Positions 9,287 through 18,273 of a DNA stretch of 64,000 nucleotides are shown here, piece after piece (the first letter of the stretch is position 1; every line of letters starts with the position of its first letter). The stretch is from a virus. The stretch spans positions 33,803 to 97,802 of IMG/VR virus record IMGVR_UViG_3300032829_000004, one strand, 5' to 3'. The notes below the pieces were generated by a model, which did no database searches, was not told the DNA's origin, and was given only the letters and a program-made list of their open reading frames with translations. Made by a program: the position numbers and the translations under genes.

Positions 9287-9336
9287 CGCGTTGTCCCGCT
9301 GTGCTCGCGACCGCTGGAACGCACGCGAGACGATGA

Positions 9337-9382
9337 AGCCCCCGCACTGGCCTCAAGGTCAGTGCGGGGGCGTTTCGCTTTT
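9337..9382. terminator. Second hairpin terminator between convergent operons
   Basis: GCCCCCGCACTGGCC-TCAA-GGTCAGTGCGGGGGC then T-rich tail. Confidence 0.65.
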
Positions 9383-9408
9383 GCGGGCTAGAGTCCCGGC
9401 GCTGAAGC

Positions 9409-9675
9409 TCAGCCTTCGGTTGCGGCCGACAGCACCCGGAGCCACTTCTGCTGTTCCCACCTGCAGATCAGGGACACCAGGGGCGTGCTGCCAGGAATCG
9501 GAAGCCCCGCCAGCCGGTACACCGACCTTTCCAGGTCATCCACGATCAAGGGCGGCAGGTTGTCCTGGTCCGCCAACTCGAGCGCGCGGATGAGGATTCC
9601 GCCGACCGCGTCCGCCGTTGCCCGCGCGTTCTGCAGGTTGCCGAGAACATCCTGTTTGAATGCACTGCTGGCCAT
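9409..9675 (-). CDS. Hypothetical protein
   Basis: GGAGG SD with ATG. Confidence 0.55.
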   Translation of the reverse strand: MASSAFKQDVLGNLQNARATADAVGGILIRALELADQDNLPPLIVDDLERSVYRLAGLPIPGSTPLVSLICRWEQQKWLRVLSAATEG

Positions 9676-9740
9676 GCGATTACCTCCGTTTTGATGACGG
9701 CCCGGGGACTGCCGGGCCAGGGAATCAGAGGGGTTGCGGC

Positions 9741-10043
9741 TCATAACAGCGGCACTCCCTGGTCTGCCGAGACGATCCGGTTGCAGTCGTCGCAGACGAC
9801 AAACTGATCCTCCGGGCCTCCGTCACCGAACCGCCGCCGGTACTCCGCTTGCGCCTCGTCTTCCGGCACCGTCTTCTCCAGCTCGCGGCGGCACACGAAG
9901 CACCGGTACCAGCCCGGCGCGAGCGGCAGGTCCGGAATCCGCCCGGCGTCCATCGCGGCGAAAAGCAGGCCCGTGCGCCTTTTCAGGTAGGCCTCGCTGA
10001 CCTTGCACGGGTCGACGGGGGCGAAGATGTCCGGGAACATCAC
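9741..10043 (-). CDS. Hypothetical zinc-finger protein
   Basis: CFVC...CDDC. Confidence 0.6.
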   Translation of the reverse strand: MMFPDIFAPVDPCKVSEAYLKRRTGLLFAAMDAGRIPDLPLAPGWYRCFVCRRELEKTVPEDEAQAEYRRRFGDGGPEDQFVVCDDCNRIVSADQGVPLL

Positions 10044-10381
10044 GCCCCCTGCGGTGCGGGCCGTAGCACCGGACCAGGCTTGGGCATGTTCCGGGCGAGC
10101 GCGGCGAGCCGTGCCCTCGCCTTGTGGCCGAGCTGCCTCAGTGACCGTTTCCGCCGGCCGCCCCTGCGGTTCAGCCAGATCCACAGCCACGCCGCCGCGA
10201 CCGCCGCGTCAGCGGGTGCCAGCACCCAGTGGCCTGTTACGGCTTCCAGGGCCGACTTCAGGCCGGCCGTGACCGCGACCGCCAGCGCCCATCCCCGCCG
10301 GGACGGCATGGCAGACGCCGCGATCACGCACCCGGTCTCCAGGATGGCCGCGCACACGGTGACCGCAGTCATGCCCGTCAC
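10040..10381 (-). CDS. Small membrane protein
   Basis: Three hydrophobic segments, basic tail, coupled overlap. Confidence 0.6.
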   Translation of the reverse strand: MTGMTAVTVCAAILETGCVIAASAMPSRRGWALAVAVTAGLKSALEAVTGHWVLAPADAAVAAAWLWIWLNRRGGRRKRSLRQLGHKARARLAALARNMPKPGPVLRPAPQGA

Positions 10382-10596
10382 CGCCGGGCCGCCTTCGCGT
10401 CAGGGCAGTCCGCGAGCATGCTCTGCTGGCTCCCCGGAATGTGGCCGGGGCAGCGGACGTCAGGATGGAAGCGCAGGAGCCGCCTGCGCCTGCGCCGGAC
10501 GCGTACCGCCTGGTAGATCAAGGCGCCTGCCGCTCCGGAGGCGCCTCCCGCGAGGAAATGGCCGGCCGCGCCGAGAAGGTCATGTGTCATGCTCAT
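10378..10596 (-). CDS. Small single-TM protein
   Basis: ATGA overlap; TM segment followed by poly-Arg. Confidence 0.5.
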   Translation of the reverse strand: MSMTHDLLGAAGHFLAGGASGAAGALIYQAVRVRRRRRRLLRFHPDVRCPGHIPGSQQSMLADCPDAKAARR

Positions 10597-11603
10597 GAAC
10601 GCCCCGCCTTCAGCGTGTACCCTTCGACCGCGTTCCCGGTGCCGCCCCAGTCCATTTCCCAGCCGAGGTCGATCGCGTCGAGCCACTCGTCATCGCGGAG
10701 GAACCCGCGCCGGATCGAGTCTCCCCAGAAGTCGTTCAGCTTCAGGTTGTGGACGCTCACGGTCCCGCCGGTCACCCTTGGGGCCGTGTAGATGACCAGC
10801 CGCCACCCTTCCCCGGCCGGGCAGTGGTTCGTGGTTTCCCACTCCATGACATGCCACATCCGCCCGTCGACCCGGGTCGTGTAGTAGCCGTACGGCGAAC
10901 GGGGCTGCCAGTCGCCGGGGTGGGCGAGCCACACCATGATCTCGGTGTCCGCCTTGGACAGCACAGTTGAGCACCGCGACTGGAACGACGTCGAGCGCGG
11001 GGAGGCGGAAAACCACGTGTCGAACGCGAAATTCCCCTCGTAGCCGGGTGCCAGCCAGCCCTTCACGCTCGCGACCGGGTCCCAGTTGCCCGCCACCCTC
11101 GCCGGGTAGAGGAGGCACAGGCCCGCCTTCCGGTCCGCGTACGACGGGCACGAATCCCCGCCTACCCCGAACCCGGAGCCGACGTAAGGGAAGCTTCCGT
11201 TGCCAGGAGCCTGCGTCACGACAAGCTGCGCCTTGCGCGGGTCCGGGACCTCAACGCACGACCCTGCCGAATCGTGGGCGACGAGACGCGGGTCCGTCTC
11301 CAGCCACGTCCAGGCGTTAGTCCCGCAAAAGGGCTTCCCCCACGTGCGGACGTCCTGCGCCCCGGCCGGCCCAGGTGCCCCGTACAGTGCCAGTGCCGCC
11401 GCGGCGAGCAGCATCAGCATGGCGGCACCCCGGCGGGCCGCGCGGCGGGGAACCCGCCACGCCCTCGGGGCAGGAGGCGGCGGGGAACAGGAAAGGGAGC
11501 GTTCCGCCTGGAGCAGGGCGATCCGTTCCAGTTCCGCCAGGCCGGCCAGCTGGTCGCCCTCGCACGCGGCGGCGGGGAATCCCTGGGGGAGAGTGGCGGT
11601 CAC
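10593..11603 (-). CDS. Glycoside hydrolase family 12 (endoglucanase-like), secreted or anchored
   Basis: NFAFDTWF, TEIMVWL, LGWE motifs carrying both catalytic Glu; signal-like segment; alternative start 11420. Confidence 0.75.
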   Translation of the reverse strand: MTATLPQGFPAAACEGDQLAGLAELERIALLQAERSLSCSPPPPAPRAWRVPRRAARRGAAMLMLLAAAALALYGAPGPAGAQDVRTWGKPFCGTNAWTWLETDPRLVAHDSAGSCVEVPDPRKAQLVVTQAPGNGSFPYVGSGFGVGGDSCPSYADRKAGLCLLYPARVAGNWDPVASVKGWLAPGYEGNFAFDTWFSASPRSTSFQSRCSTVLSKADTEIMVWLAHPGDWQPRSPYGYYTTRVDGRMWHVMEWETTNHCPAGEGWRLVIYTAPRVTGGTVSVHNLKLNDFWGDSIRRGFLRDDEWLDAIDLGWEMDWGGTGNAVEGYTLKAGRS

Positions 11604-11693
11604 GCGGCGGCCCTTTCAAGCCGGGCCGGGCATGCCGGGTCCTTCATGCTCATCCTGATCCCATCCTTCTGTTTCAAGGACGCCGCAGGTCAG

Positions 11694-11749
11694 AGCCAGT
11701 CAAGTATAGAGTGGTTGCGGGTCCGCAATCATCCTAGACCGTAGTGGCT
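11694..11749. other. Putative attP site of the serine integrase
   Basis: Imperfect 27-bp inverted arms around a central GT at 11721-11722, adjacent to the integrase stop codon. Confidence 0.7.
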
Positions 11750-13344
11750 TTCCCTGCCTGCGGCATCGCGCCTTCCCACGGGTCCGGTTCCCATACCGGC
11801 AGCACCTCGATCCGGGCAGGCATGAGCTTCCACCAGCCCGCGCGGTCCCGTGACCGCTCGCCGGCCCGGTACACCGTGATCCGGCGCACCAGGCTCCGCA
11901 GGATCGCGTTCAGCTGCGCCGCCGGCAGCCGGTCCCAGTCGGCCGCCAGGGCGGGCAGCACCGGGATGAGGTCCGCGGACGGCTCCGCCGCCAGCGCCTC
12001 CCTGGCGGCTTCCAGGTCCGCCGCCGCCTGGTCCCGCTCCGCCCGCTTCACCGCCGCCGCCTGCTTCCACGTGTCGTCGCCGAGAACGTCCCCGCCGTCC
12101 CTGGCACGCTGAAGGGCAATGTTCACCAGCTGCCTGTCGTGCTCGGCCAGGGCCGCCTCGAGCCTGGCCACCGTGCCGGCCGAGTCGCGGCGCTCCGCCG
12201 ACCTGGCAAGGTCCCTGGCCGCCGCGTCCACGTCCGCCGCCCACGCCTCCACGGCCTCCCGGGCGGCGTCCGCGATCCGGGTCACCGACAAGGACGGCTT
12301 TCCCTCGCAGTCGTCGTACTGCCTGCCCCGAGAGCAGGAGTACAGGGTGGCGCCGCCGCTGGCGTACCCGGACGGCGTCATCGCCGACCGGCAGTGCCCG
12401 CACCTCACCAGGCCCGTCACCGGGTAGCGGGCGGCCCGCGCGCGGGGCGGCAGCTTGGCCGTCTCGGCGCGCCGCCGCCGGTACGCCTGCCATTCCGCCG
12501 GGGTGATCACCGGGTCGTGCGCCCCCTTGACGTAGGCGCGGCGCGGGCAGCGTGCCCTGCTGCCGCACTTGCACGCCGGGTCGTGCAGCAGCAGGAGTCC
12601 GGCGCCGAACCCGGAGTCGAGCACGTCCCTGACGGACTGCGCCCGCCACCTGCCCCCGTAGGAGGTCTGCCAGCCCGCCGCGTTGAGCCGTCCCGCGATC
12701 ACCCTGAACCCCTCGCCGGCGATGCTGGCACGGTAGGCGTCCGCCAGGGCGGGGCCTTCCGCGGTGCCCGGAACGTACCTCTCGGTTTCTCCTTTGACGC
12801 GGCGGGTGCGCTGCGGGTCGTCCTCGTCGCGGACGCGTCCTTCCCGCCGGTAGCCGAACCGGGGGCGGCCGAACGGGGGGAGTCCTTCCCGGACCCGCCA
12901 GCCGTAGGTTTCCGCCCAGATTTCCCCGGCCCGGTCGGATTCGTAGGCGGACACTTCCAGCAGGACGCCCCGCTGGAACTTGCCCGTCGCGGTCGTCGTG
13001 TCCACGTCCTCTGTCGCCGACACGAGCCGGCCGCCGGCTTCTTCCAGTTCGGCGAGGTAGACGTGGTTGCCGAGCCGCTGCCGGCCGAACCTGGAGAACT
13101 TCCAGACGATGACCGCCTGCGCCTCGCCGGACTTGACCCTGCCGATGGCGGACAGGATCTTCCTCTTGAACGTGCGGCCCGACACGTCCAGGTCCTCGAC
13201 CCAGTCGATGACCGCGTACCCGCAGCGGGCCGCGCACGCCTCGATCGCTGCCCGCTGCGTCTGCGGGGAGATCATCTCCTCGCGTTTCATCGACACCCGG
13301 ACGTACCCGATCGCGGGGACCGGGGGAGAGGCGTCAGGCGGCAT
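11734..13344 (-). CDS. Large serine recombinase (integrase)
   Basis: GYVRVS catalytic Ser, DLDVSG, KFSRFGR, recombinase domain, CGHC zinc ribbon, coiled coil. Confidence 0.92.
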   Translation of the reverse strand: MPPDASPPVPAIGYVRVSMKREEMISPQTQRAAIEACAARCGYAVIDWVEDLDVSGRTFKRKILSAIGRVKSGEAQAVIVWKFSRFGRQRLGNHVYLAELEEAGGRLVSATEDVDTTTATGKFQRGVLLEVSAYESDRAGEIWAETYGWRVREGLPPFGRPRFGYRREGRVRDEDDPQRTRRVKGETERYVPGTAEGPALADAYRASIAGEGFRVIAGRLNAAGWQTSYGGRWRAQSVRDVLDSGFGAGLLLLHDPACKCGSRARCPRRAYVKGAHDPVITPAEWQAYRRRRAETAKLPPRARAARYPVTGLVRCGHCRSAMTPSGYASGGATLYSCSRGRQYDDCEGKPSLSVTRIADAAREAVEAWAADVDAAARDLARSAERRDSAGTVARLEAALAEHDRQLVNIALQRARDGGDVLGDDTWKQAAAVKRAERDQAAADLEAAREALAAEPSADLIPVLPALAADWDRLPAAQLNAILRSLVRRITVYRAGERSRDRAGWWKLMPARIEVLPVWEPDPWEGAMPQAGKATTV

Positions 13345-13750
13345 CGGCCGCGGCCTTCGCTTCGAGCTCGGCGACGCGCGCCGCGGTCCCCTCGGCGATG
13401 ATTTCCGACATCGGCACCCGCAGGTCGAACGCGACCTTGCGGAGCCGCTCGTACAGTCCGGCGTCGAACCGGAGTATTGTCGCCCGGAGTTTCCTGGGGC
13501 CGGCCGGATCGCCGTCCGCTGGAATCAGCCTGTTGTAAACAGGTCCTTCTGCATGTATGGCCACCGCCTCGGCAGCCAAGGCCGCCGACCTTTCCGGATG
13601 CCACTCGACGACCTCGCGCTTCACGTCACCCCACCACGGCTTCTCGCGGGCGTGGGTGCTGAGCCTTGCTCTCGGCGAGACCGCCACGCCGACATACAGG
13701 AGGCGCTCGTCCGCGTCATAAAGGCGGTAGACCGCCGTGCGCCTACTCAC
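13334..13750 (-). CDS. GIY-YIG nuclease domain fused to ribbon-helix-helix
   Basis: TAVYRLYD..LLYVG...R...E..AI..E.PVYN; C-terminal TILRFDAGLYERLRKVAFDLRVPMSEII. Confidence 0.75.
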   Translation of the reverse strand: MSRRTAVYRLYDADERLLYVGVAVSPRARLSTHAREKPWWGDVKREVVEWHPERSAALAAEAVAIHAEGPVYNRLIPADGDPAGPRKLRATILRFDAGLYERLRKVAFDLRVPMSEIIAEGTAARVAELEAKAAADAA

Positions 13751-13943
13751 TCGCCCGCCCTTCCTGCCCAAGCGGCGCAATTGCGGCCAAAGCTGCACGG
13801 TGCCACTCAACAGGCACTATCACGGCGGTCGGAGTGTCGTACCGGAGGATCGTGACATGCGCGCCGCCGTGTTCGACTGCGTTGAGCAGTTCGCGGAAGT
13901 TGCGGCGCGCCTCGTCGCTGTGCATCCGGCGATCTTCATCCAT
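13743..13943 (-). CDS. Phd/YefM family antitoxin-like protein
   Basis: SDEARRNFRELLNAV...VTILRYDTPTAVIVP. Confidence 0.8.
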   Translation of the reverse strand: MDEDRRMHSDEARRNFRELLNAVEHGGAHVTILRYDTPTAVIVPVEWHRAALAAIAPLGQEGRASE

Positions 13944-13949
13944 CGGGTG

Positions 13950-13973
13950 AGTCTATAGAGTCATATGACTCTA
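13950..13973 (-). promoter_or_regulatory. Leaderless promoter (TAGACT) with adjacent perfect 18-bp palindromic operator
   Basis: TAGAGTCATATGACTCTA at 13956-13973; TAGACT 6 nt before the ATG at 13943. Confidence 0.65.
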
Positions 13974-14009
13974 AGGCGGCTCTATCGGCAACTGCGGTCG
14001 CCGGAAATG

Positions 14010-14240
14010 TCAGGCGGCGCCGCCCGTTGCCGCCGCGAGAGCCTTCCCGTAGGCGAGGGCGTGCGGGGCGGACGGAACCGACCGGCCTGCTTCCCATGCG
14101 CTGACCGACTGGCGGGAGACGCCCAGCGCGAGAGCGATCTCCGATGCCGACACTCCGGCCGCGGCCCGGGATTCTTTCGCGGTGCCCGTGCGGAGATCGG
14201 CCCGGATGCGGGCGACGGCGGCGAGATCGGAGGGGCGCAC
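14010..14240 (-). CDS. XRE-family HTH protein
   Basis: RAAAGVSASEIALALGVSRQSVSAWEAGRSVP. Confidence 0.8.
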   Translation of the reverse strand: MRPSDLAAVARIRADLRTGTAKESRAAAGVSASEIALALGVSRQSVSAWEAGRSVPSAPHALAYGKALAAATGGAA

Positions 14241-14339
14241 GGTGGAAACGCTACGGCAGGGGAGGGGGTAAGGGAAACGGCGGAAAGTCTGTGTCAGGAC
14301 TTCGGCAAGCATATGTAAGGCGTAAGCCCGTAATTCCGG

Positions 14340-14373
14340 CTGGCTCACGATAAGATGCATTATCGTGAGCCAG
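14340..14373. other. lox-like recombination/operator site (13-8-13)
   Basis: CTGGCTCACGATA-AGATGCAT-TATCGTGAGCCAG, perfect arms, overlapping the recombinase start. Confidence 0.7.
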
Positions 14374-15408
14374 AATCCGGGGCGCGAAATCGTCCCGTCC
14401 GGAATCCGGCCGCCGGCCGCGAATCCCGGCGGACGGCTGTCCCCCGCCGCCGTCACCGCGGTGACTGCCGGCACTCCCGTCAACACCGGGCGCACGTACC
14501 GGGCAACCCTGCAGCGGTACGCCAAATGGAGCGAGCAGACAGGGCTCGGCGGCCTGCCCGCCACCGCCGGGGCGCTCACCGAATACGCGGCCTACCTCTC
14601 CGGCGTGCGCGGCCTGAAGCCGGCCAGCATCGAGACCGCCCGCTGGGCCATCATCAAATGGCACAGGATCGCCGGGTACCCGCCGCCGGAAACCGCCGGC
14701 CTGGTCGCCGTCCTCAACGGCTACCGGGCGCGCCTCGCCGGAGCCGGCGACCCCAGGGCGAAGACGAGGAAGGCGACCGCCGCCGAACGGGACGCCCTCG
14801 CCGCGATGCTCGCCGCCATCGACCGGAAAACCCCGGCCGGGCAGCGGGACGCGGCCATGATCCTCGTCGGCTTCGGGATCGGCGCCCGCCGGGGCGAGAT
14901 CGCCGGGCTGGACATCGGCGGCCTCGACATCCGCGACCGGGGAATGCAGGTCAGCGTCTACCGCCAGAAGGTCAGGAAACTGGACGACCCGGTGGTGAAG
15001 CGGCGCACCTTCGCGGCACTCTGCCCGGTCGCAGCCGCAGAGGCGTGGACCGGGACGCTCGCCGCGCACGGGCGCACCAGCGGCCCGCTGTTCGTCCGCA
15101 TCGACAGGCACGGGAACCTGGCCAGCCCGGTCGTCCGCGACGGCCGGCAGATCGGCGACCCCTCGGGGCGCATGACCGGCCAGGCGATCGCCGACGTGAT
15201 CCGGCGCCGCGCCCTCGCGGCCGGACTCGGCGGCCGGTGGTCAGGGCACAGCCTCCGCCGCGGGCTCGCCACAGAGATGCACAAGGCGGGCGCGGAGCGG
15301 CGGCTGATCGAGCGGCAGGGCGGATGGTCGGCCGGGTCCGCCGCGGTATCGGGATACATCGAGGACGCCGAGCGGTGGCTTTACGACGCACTGGACGGCG
15401 TCCTGTGA
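14365..15408 (+). CDS. Cre-like tyrosine recombinase
   Basis: RDAAMILVGF..GARRGE, GHSLRRG, GGW...GYI. Confidence 0.88.
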   Translation: MSQNPGREIVPSGIRPPAANPGGRLSPAAVTAVTAGTPVNTGRTYRATLQRYAKWSEQTGLGGLPATAGALTEYAAYLSGVRGLKPASIETARWAIIKWHRIAGYPPPETAGLVAVLNGYRARLAGAGDPRAKTRKATAAERDALAAMLAAIDRKTPAGQRDAAMILVGFGIGARRGEIAGLDIGGLDIRDRGMQVSVYRQKVRKLDDPVVKRRTFAALCPVAAAEAWTGTLAAHGRTSGPLFVRIDRHGNLASPVVRDGRQIGDPSGRMTGQAIADVIRRRALAAGLGGRWSGHSLRRGLATEMHKAGAERRLIERQGGWSAGSAAVSGYIEDAERWLYDALDGVL

Positions 15409-15960
15409 CCGCCCCGGACGACTGCGGCAGGCTGACCAAGGCCGGAACGCCTTGCAAGATATCCCGCATGGCCGCTGACGGCTGGTACCTGAGGCGCTCC
15501 CATGTAGCCGAGTCGTGCAGCATTCACGCCACCCCTGAGGAGCGGGCCGAATTCGCCGCCATCGGGGAAGAGATCATGGCGGAAGACGAACGTCTCCGGC
15601 TCGCCTATCATCAGGCCCTCCCGGTGGAGTGCTGGAACTGGCCGGTCACCGACGATGACCGCCGGAGGGCCGCGGAGGCCCGCGATTGCGCGGACCCGGA
15701 AATGGCGAGAGGCATCGCATGGGACCTGCTGGCGGACTGGCAGGATGACCGGTGCGCCGTCTGCAAAGGCTGCTCCGACGTCCTTGACCATGACCACGAG
15801 ACCGGCCTCGTACGCGGGTGGCTGTGCCGGTTCTGTAACAGCCAGGAAGGACACGGCTATATCCCCGGCGGCCGGTACGAGCGCTACCGGGCCAAGAACC
15901 CGGCCAGTATTCTCGGCTTGGCCATCCGCTACTACAGCCCGTTCGCCGGATGGGCGGGGC
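15405..15960 (+). CDS. Endonuclease VII-like protein (3' end uncertain; frame stays open to 16862)
   Basis: CAVC...DHDHETGLVRGWLCRFCN; GTGA overlap. Confidence 0.65.
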
Positions 15961-16127
15961 GGAGCTTAGGGTCACAGGCAAGCCGCCGATTTATACCGGC
16001 GCGGCCCGTATCCGTCCCGCGTGGGGCGGATATCGCGGCTATCCGCGCGGATAAACGGGGCGGGGCACGCGCGGCGGGTGATCAGGTCCCGCACCGGTCT
16101 TCAGGTCGCAGTGCCCCGCAGCTTAGG

Positions 16128-17399
16128 CTATGCCGCCTGCGGCGGCAGCATCCGTTCGCTCAGTTCGCGGAACGCTCCCTCGGCCCGCTCGTGCCGCTTG
16201 CAGACCTCGATCACCTCGGCAGGGGCGATGTCCCTGAACGGCCCCGCAAACGGCTTGCCCTTTTCCAGGGTGGTGCCGTAGTAGCGGGCGACGAGGCGCG
16301 CCGCCTGGTCCGTGTCCGCATAGCCGAAGTGCTCGACGAGGTCGACGCGGCCCGGCCGGATCACGGCACCGTCGAGAACCTCGGGCGTGTTGGTGGTCAG
16401 CACGGTGAGCAGGCCGTGCGGAGTCGCGATCCCGTCAAGGGCGTTCAGGAGGCCGGAAAGCGTCACCTGGTCGGCACTGTCGTCCCGGGCGGTCGCGGCG
16501 TGGAACACGTCGACGTCCTCCAGGAGCAGCATCGAGCGGGGCGCGATCCGGCTGGCCATGCGGAGCAGCTCGCCGTCCTTCTTGACGTCGGCGAGCGGCA
16601 GGTACCAGACGTCCATCCCGAAGTGACTGGCGATCGCGCGGGCCACCGACGTTTTCCCCGTGCCCGGCGGTCCTTCGTACAGGTGGCCGCGGTGCCAGGG
16701 GATGCAGCGGCGGGCGTAATCCCGCTCGGCGTCGAGAAACCGGCTCACGTCTCCGGCGAGCCGTTCGATCTGGCCCGCGGGGAGGATGACGCTGTCGAGG
16801 CCGCGCTGCGGCAGGTCGTCCAGGCGCTCCCAGTCGCCCCACTTGTCGAGCATCCGGAATGAGGGCTTGCGGGCGGCGCCCTGGCTGCTGCGGAGCACCC
16901 CTTCCATCTCGGCGACGAGAGCGCGCCGGCCGGCGAGAGAGGAGGCGGTGAACACGATCTCCGGCGGTTTCCAGTGGCCGTCGTCGTCAGCCCTCGTGCC
17001 GTCGGTGACGACCACCTTCACCCGGTGGCCCGCGACGGTGATGACCTGCTCGCGGGTGCCGTCGTAGCGGAGGCGCAGCGCGGGGGGCGCGGGGCGCTCG
17101 CCCGGAGCCGGGATGTCCGAGTACCGCTTGGTCGACCAGGCAACCAGGGCGCGCTGCTCCTTCGGCGCCAGCAGTCCCAGGACCCATTCGTGCAGGTCGT
17201 CGTAGATCCCGTCACTGCCGGGGACCTTAACGGTGTACGTGGTGCGCTCGTGGACCTTGCCCCGCGCCCAGCCGATCACGGGGCGCGCGGCCTGCCCTGC
17301 GGCGAACGCCATCGCCAGCCGGGGGGCGCGGTCGCGCAGGACCGCGATCAGGTCGGAGGCGCTCCCGTGCTCGGGAGAGGAAGCGATCTCAGCACTCAC
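16128..17399 (-). CDS. BCS1-like AAA+ ATPase
   Basis: GPPGTGKT, LLLEDVD, VTLSGLLNALDG, TTN, RPGRVD. Confidence 0.85.
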   Translation of the reverse strand: MSAEIASSPEHGSASDLIAVLRDRAPRLAMAFAAGQAARPVIGWARGKVHERTTYTVKVPGSDGIYDDLHEWVLGLLAPKEQRALVAWSTKRYSDIPAPGERPAPPALRLRYDGTREQVITVAGHRVKVVVTDGTRADDDGHWKPPEIVFTASSLAGRRALVAEMEGVLRSSQGAARKPSFRMLDKWGDWERLDDLPQRGLDSVILPAGQIERLAGDVSRFLDAERDYARRCIPWHRGHLYEGPPGTGKTSVARAIASHFGMDVWYLPLADVKKDGELLRMASRIAPRSMLLLEDVDVFHAATARDDSADQVTLSGLLNALDGIATPHGLLTVLTTNTPEVLDGAVIRPGRVDLVEHFGYADTDQAARLVARYYGTTLEKGKPFAGPFRDIAPAEVIEVCKRHERAEGAFRELSERMLPPQAA

Positions 17400-17581
17400 G
17401 GGACTTATTTTGCCGCAAGTGGCGCGGTGCCGGGCCAGAGCCGCCCGGCCCGGCACCGCCCCATCAGGCGGGAAGACAGGGACCGGCTTCCGAGCTGCCG
17501 GCGCTCGCCCGGCACCAGCCGCATAGCGGGGGCCTGGACTATCCCATCCCTGAACGTCTCCCCTAACGGGAATCCTGCGGG

Positions 17582-17758
17582 TTAGCTTAGCGCGGCGATG
17601 TCCTCGGCAAGGAAAAGGCCGCTAGTCACAACGTGGAGTGCCGAGACGAGGCACGGGTTCCTCTGCCACCGGACGAATGCCCGGCTAAGGTTGTTTTCGT
17701 CAGCGATGAGCTGCATTGCGATTATGGCCGTGGTCGCGACCGCCAGTGCGTTCTTCAT
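17582..17758 (-). CDS. 58-aa hydrophobic protein absent from the ORF track
   Basis: MKNALAVATTAIIAMQLIADENNLSRAFVRWQRNPCLVSALHVVTSGLFLAEDIAALS; purine-rich SD-like sequence. Confidence 0.5.
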   Translation of the reverse strand: MKNALAVATTAIIAMQLIADENNLSRAFVRWQRNPCLVSALHVVTSGLFLAEDIAALS

Positions 17759-17874
17759 GGGGACTTTCGCCTTCTCAGGAACGGGGCCCGCTGTTCGGGT
17801 CCTTCGGCTGGACGCTATCGATTAGGCTCCCGTAAATTACGGAACGCTTGTCAAGCGTAGTTACTTAAATGTTA

Positions 17875-18273
17875 TTAAGTTTGTTTCCCGAAGAGTTCCC
17901 CGGCCCGCATCCGCCGCCACACCTCCAGCGCCTCCTGGCGGACCGTCATGCCCGGCGTCTCCCCGCTCCCCCCGTGGCAGCGGCACCGGCCCTCGTGATG
18001 GGCAAGCGAGCCGGCAACGCTCATGAACTGGCATTCCTTGTGCACATGGCGGATCTGCGTCCCCGCCGGGACCGCCTGCCCGGAATCGCCAGCCGCCTCG
18101 TCGAACTCGTCATTGCAGTACAGGCAGGACTCGCCCGCGGGAAATGCTTTGCGCATCTCCTCGATGAGCCTGCCGTCCTCGTCATAACAGACGTAAGACC
18201 AGTAAGGCGGCCCGAACCATCCCCAGTTGGCGCGGCGCACCTCGACCGGGAGCCCGTCATAGGAAGTGGTCAC
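17875..18273 (-). CDS. Hypothetical Cys/His-rich protein
   Basis: CLYC, HKEC, CRC; coupled operon. Confidence 0.6.
   Translation of the reverse strand: MTTSYDGLPVEVRRANWGWFGPPYWSYVCYDEDGRLIEEMRKAFPAGESCLYCNDEFDEAAGDSGQAVPAGTQIRHVHKECQFMSVAGSLAHHEGRCRCHGGSGETPGMTVRQEALEVWRRMRAGELFGKQT

Noticed and set aside
14355-16862. 835-aa ORF
   Set aside because: Off-frame shadow of the recombinase, then the real EndoVII-like gene from 15405, then antisense to the AAA gene
17560-17820. Riboswitch or hammerhead-like motif
   Set aside because: Only fragmentary similarity; core consensus and stems could not be completed
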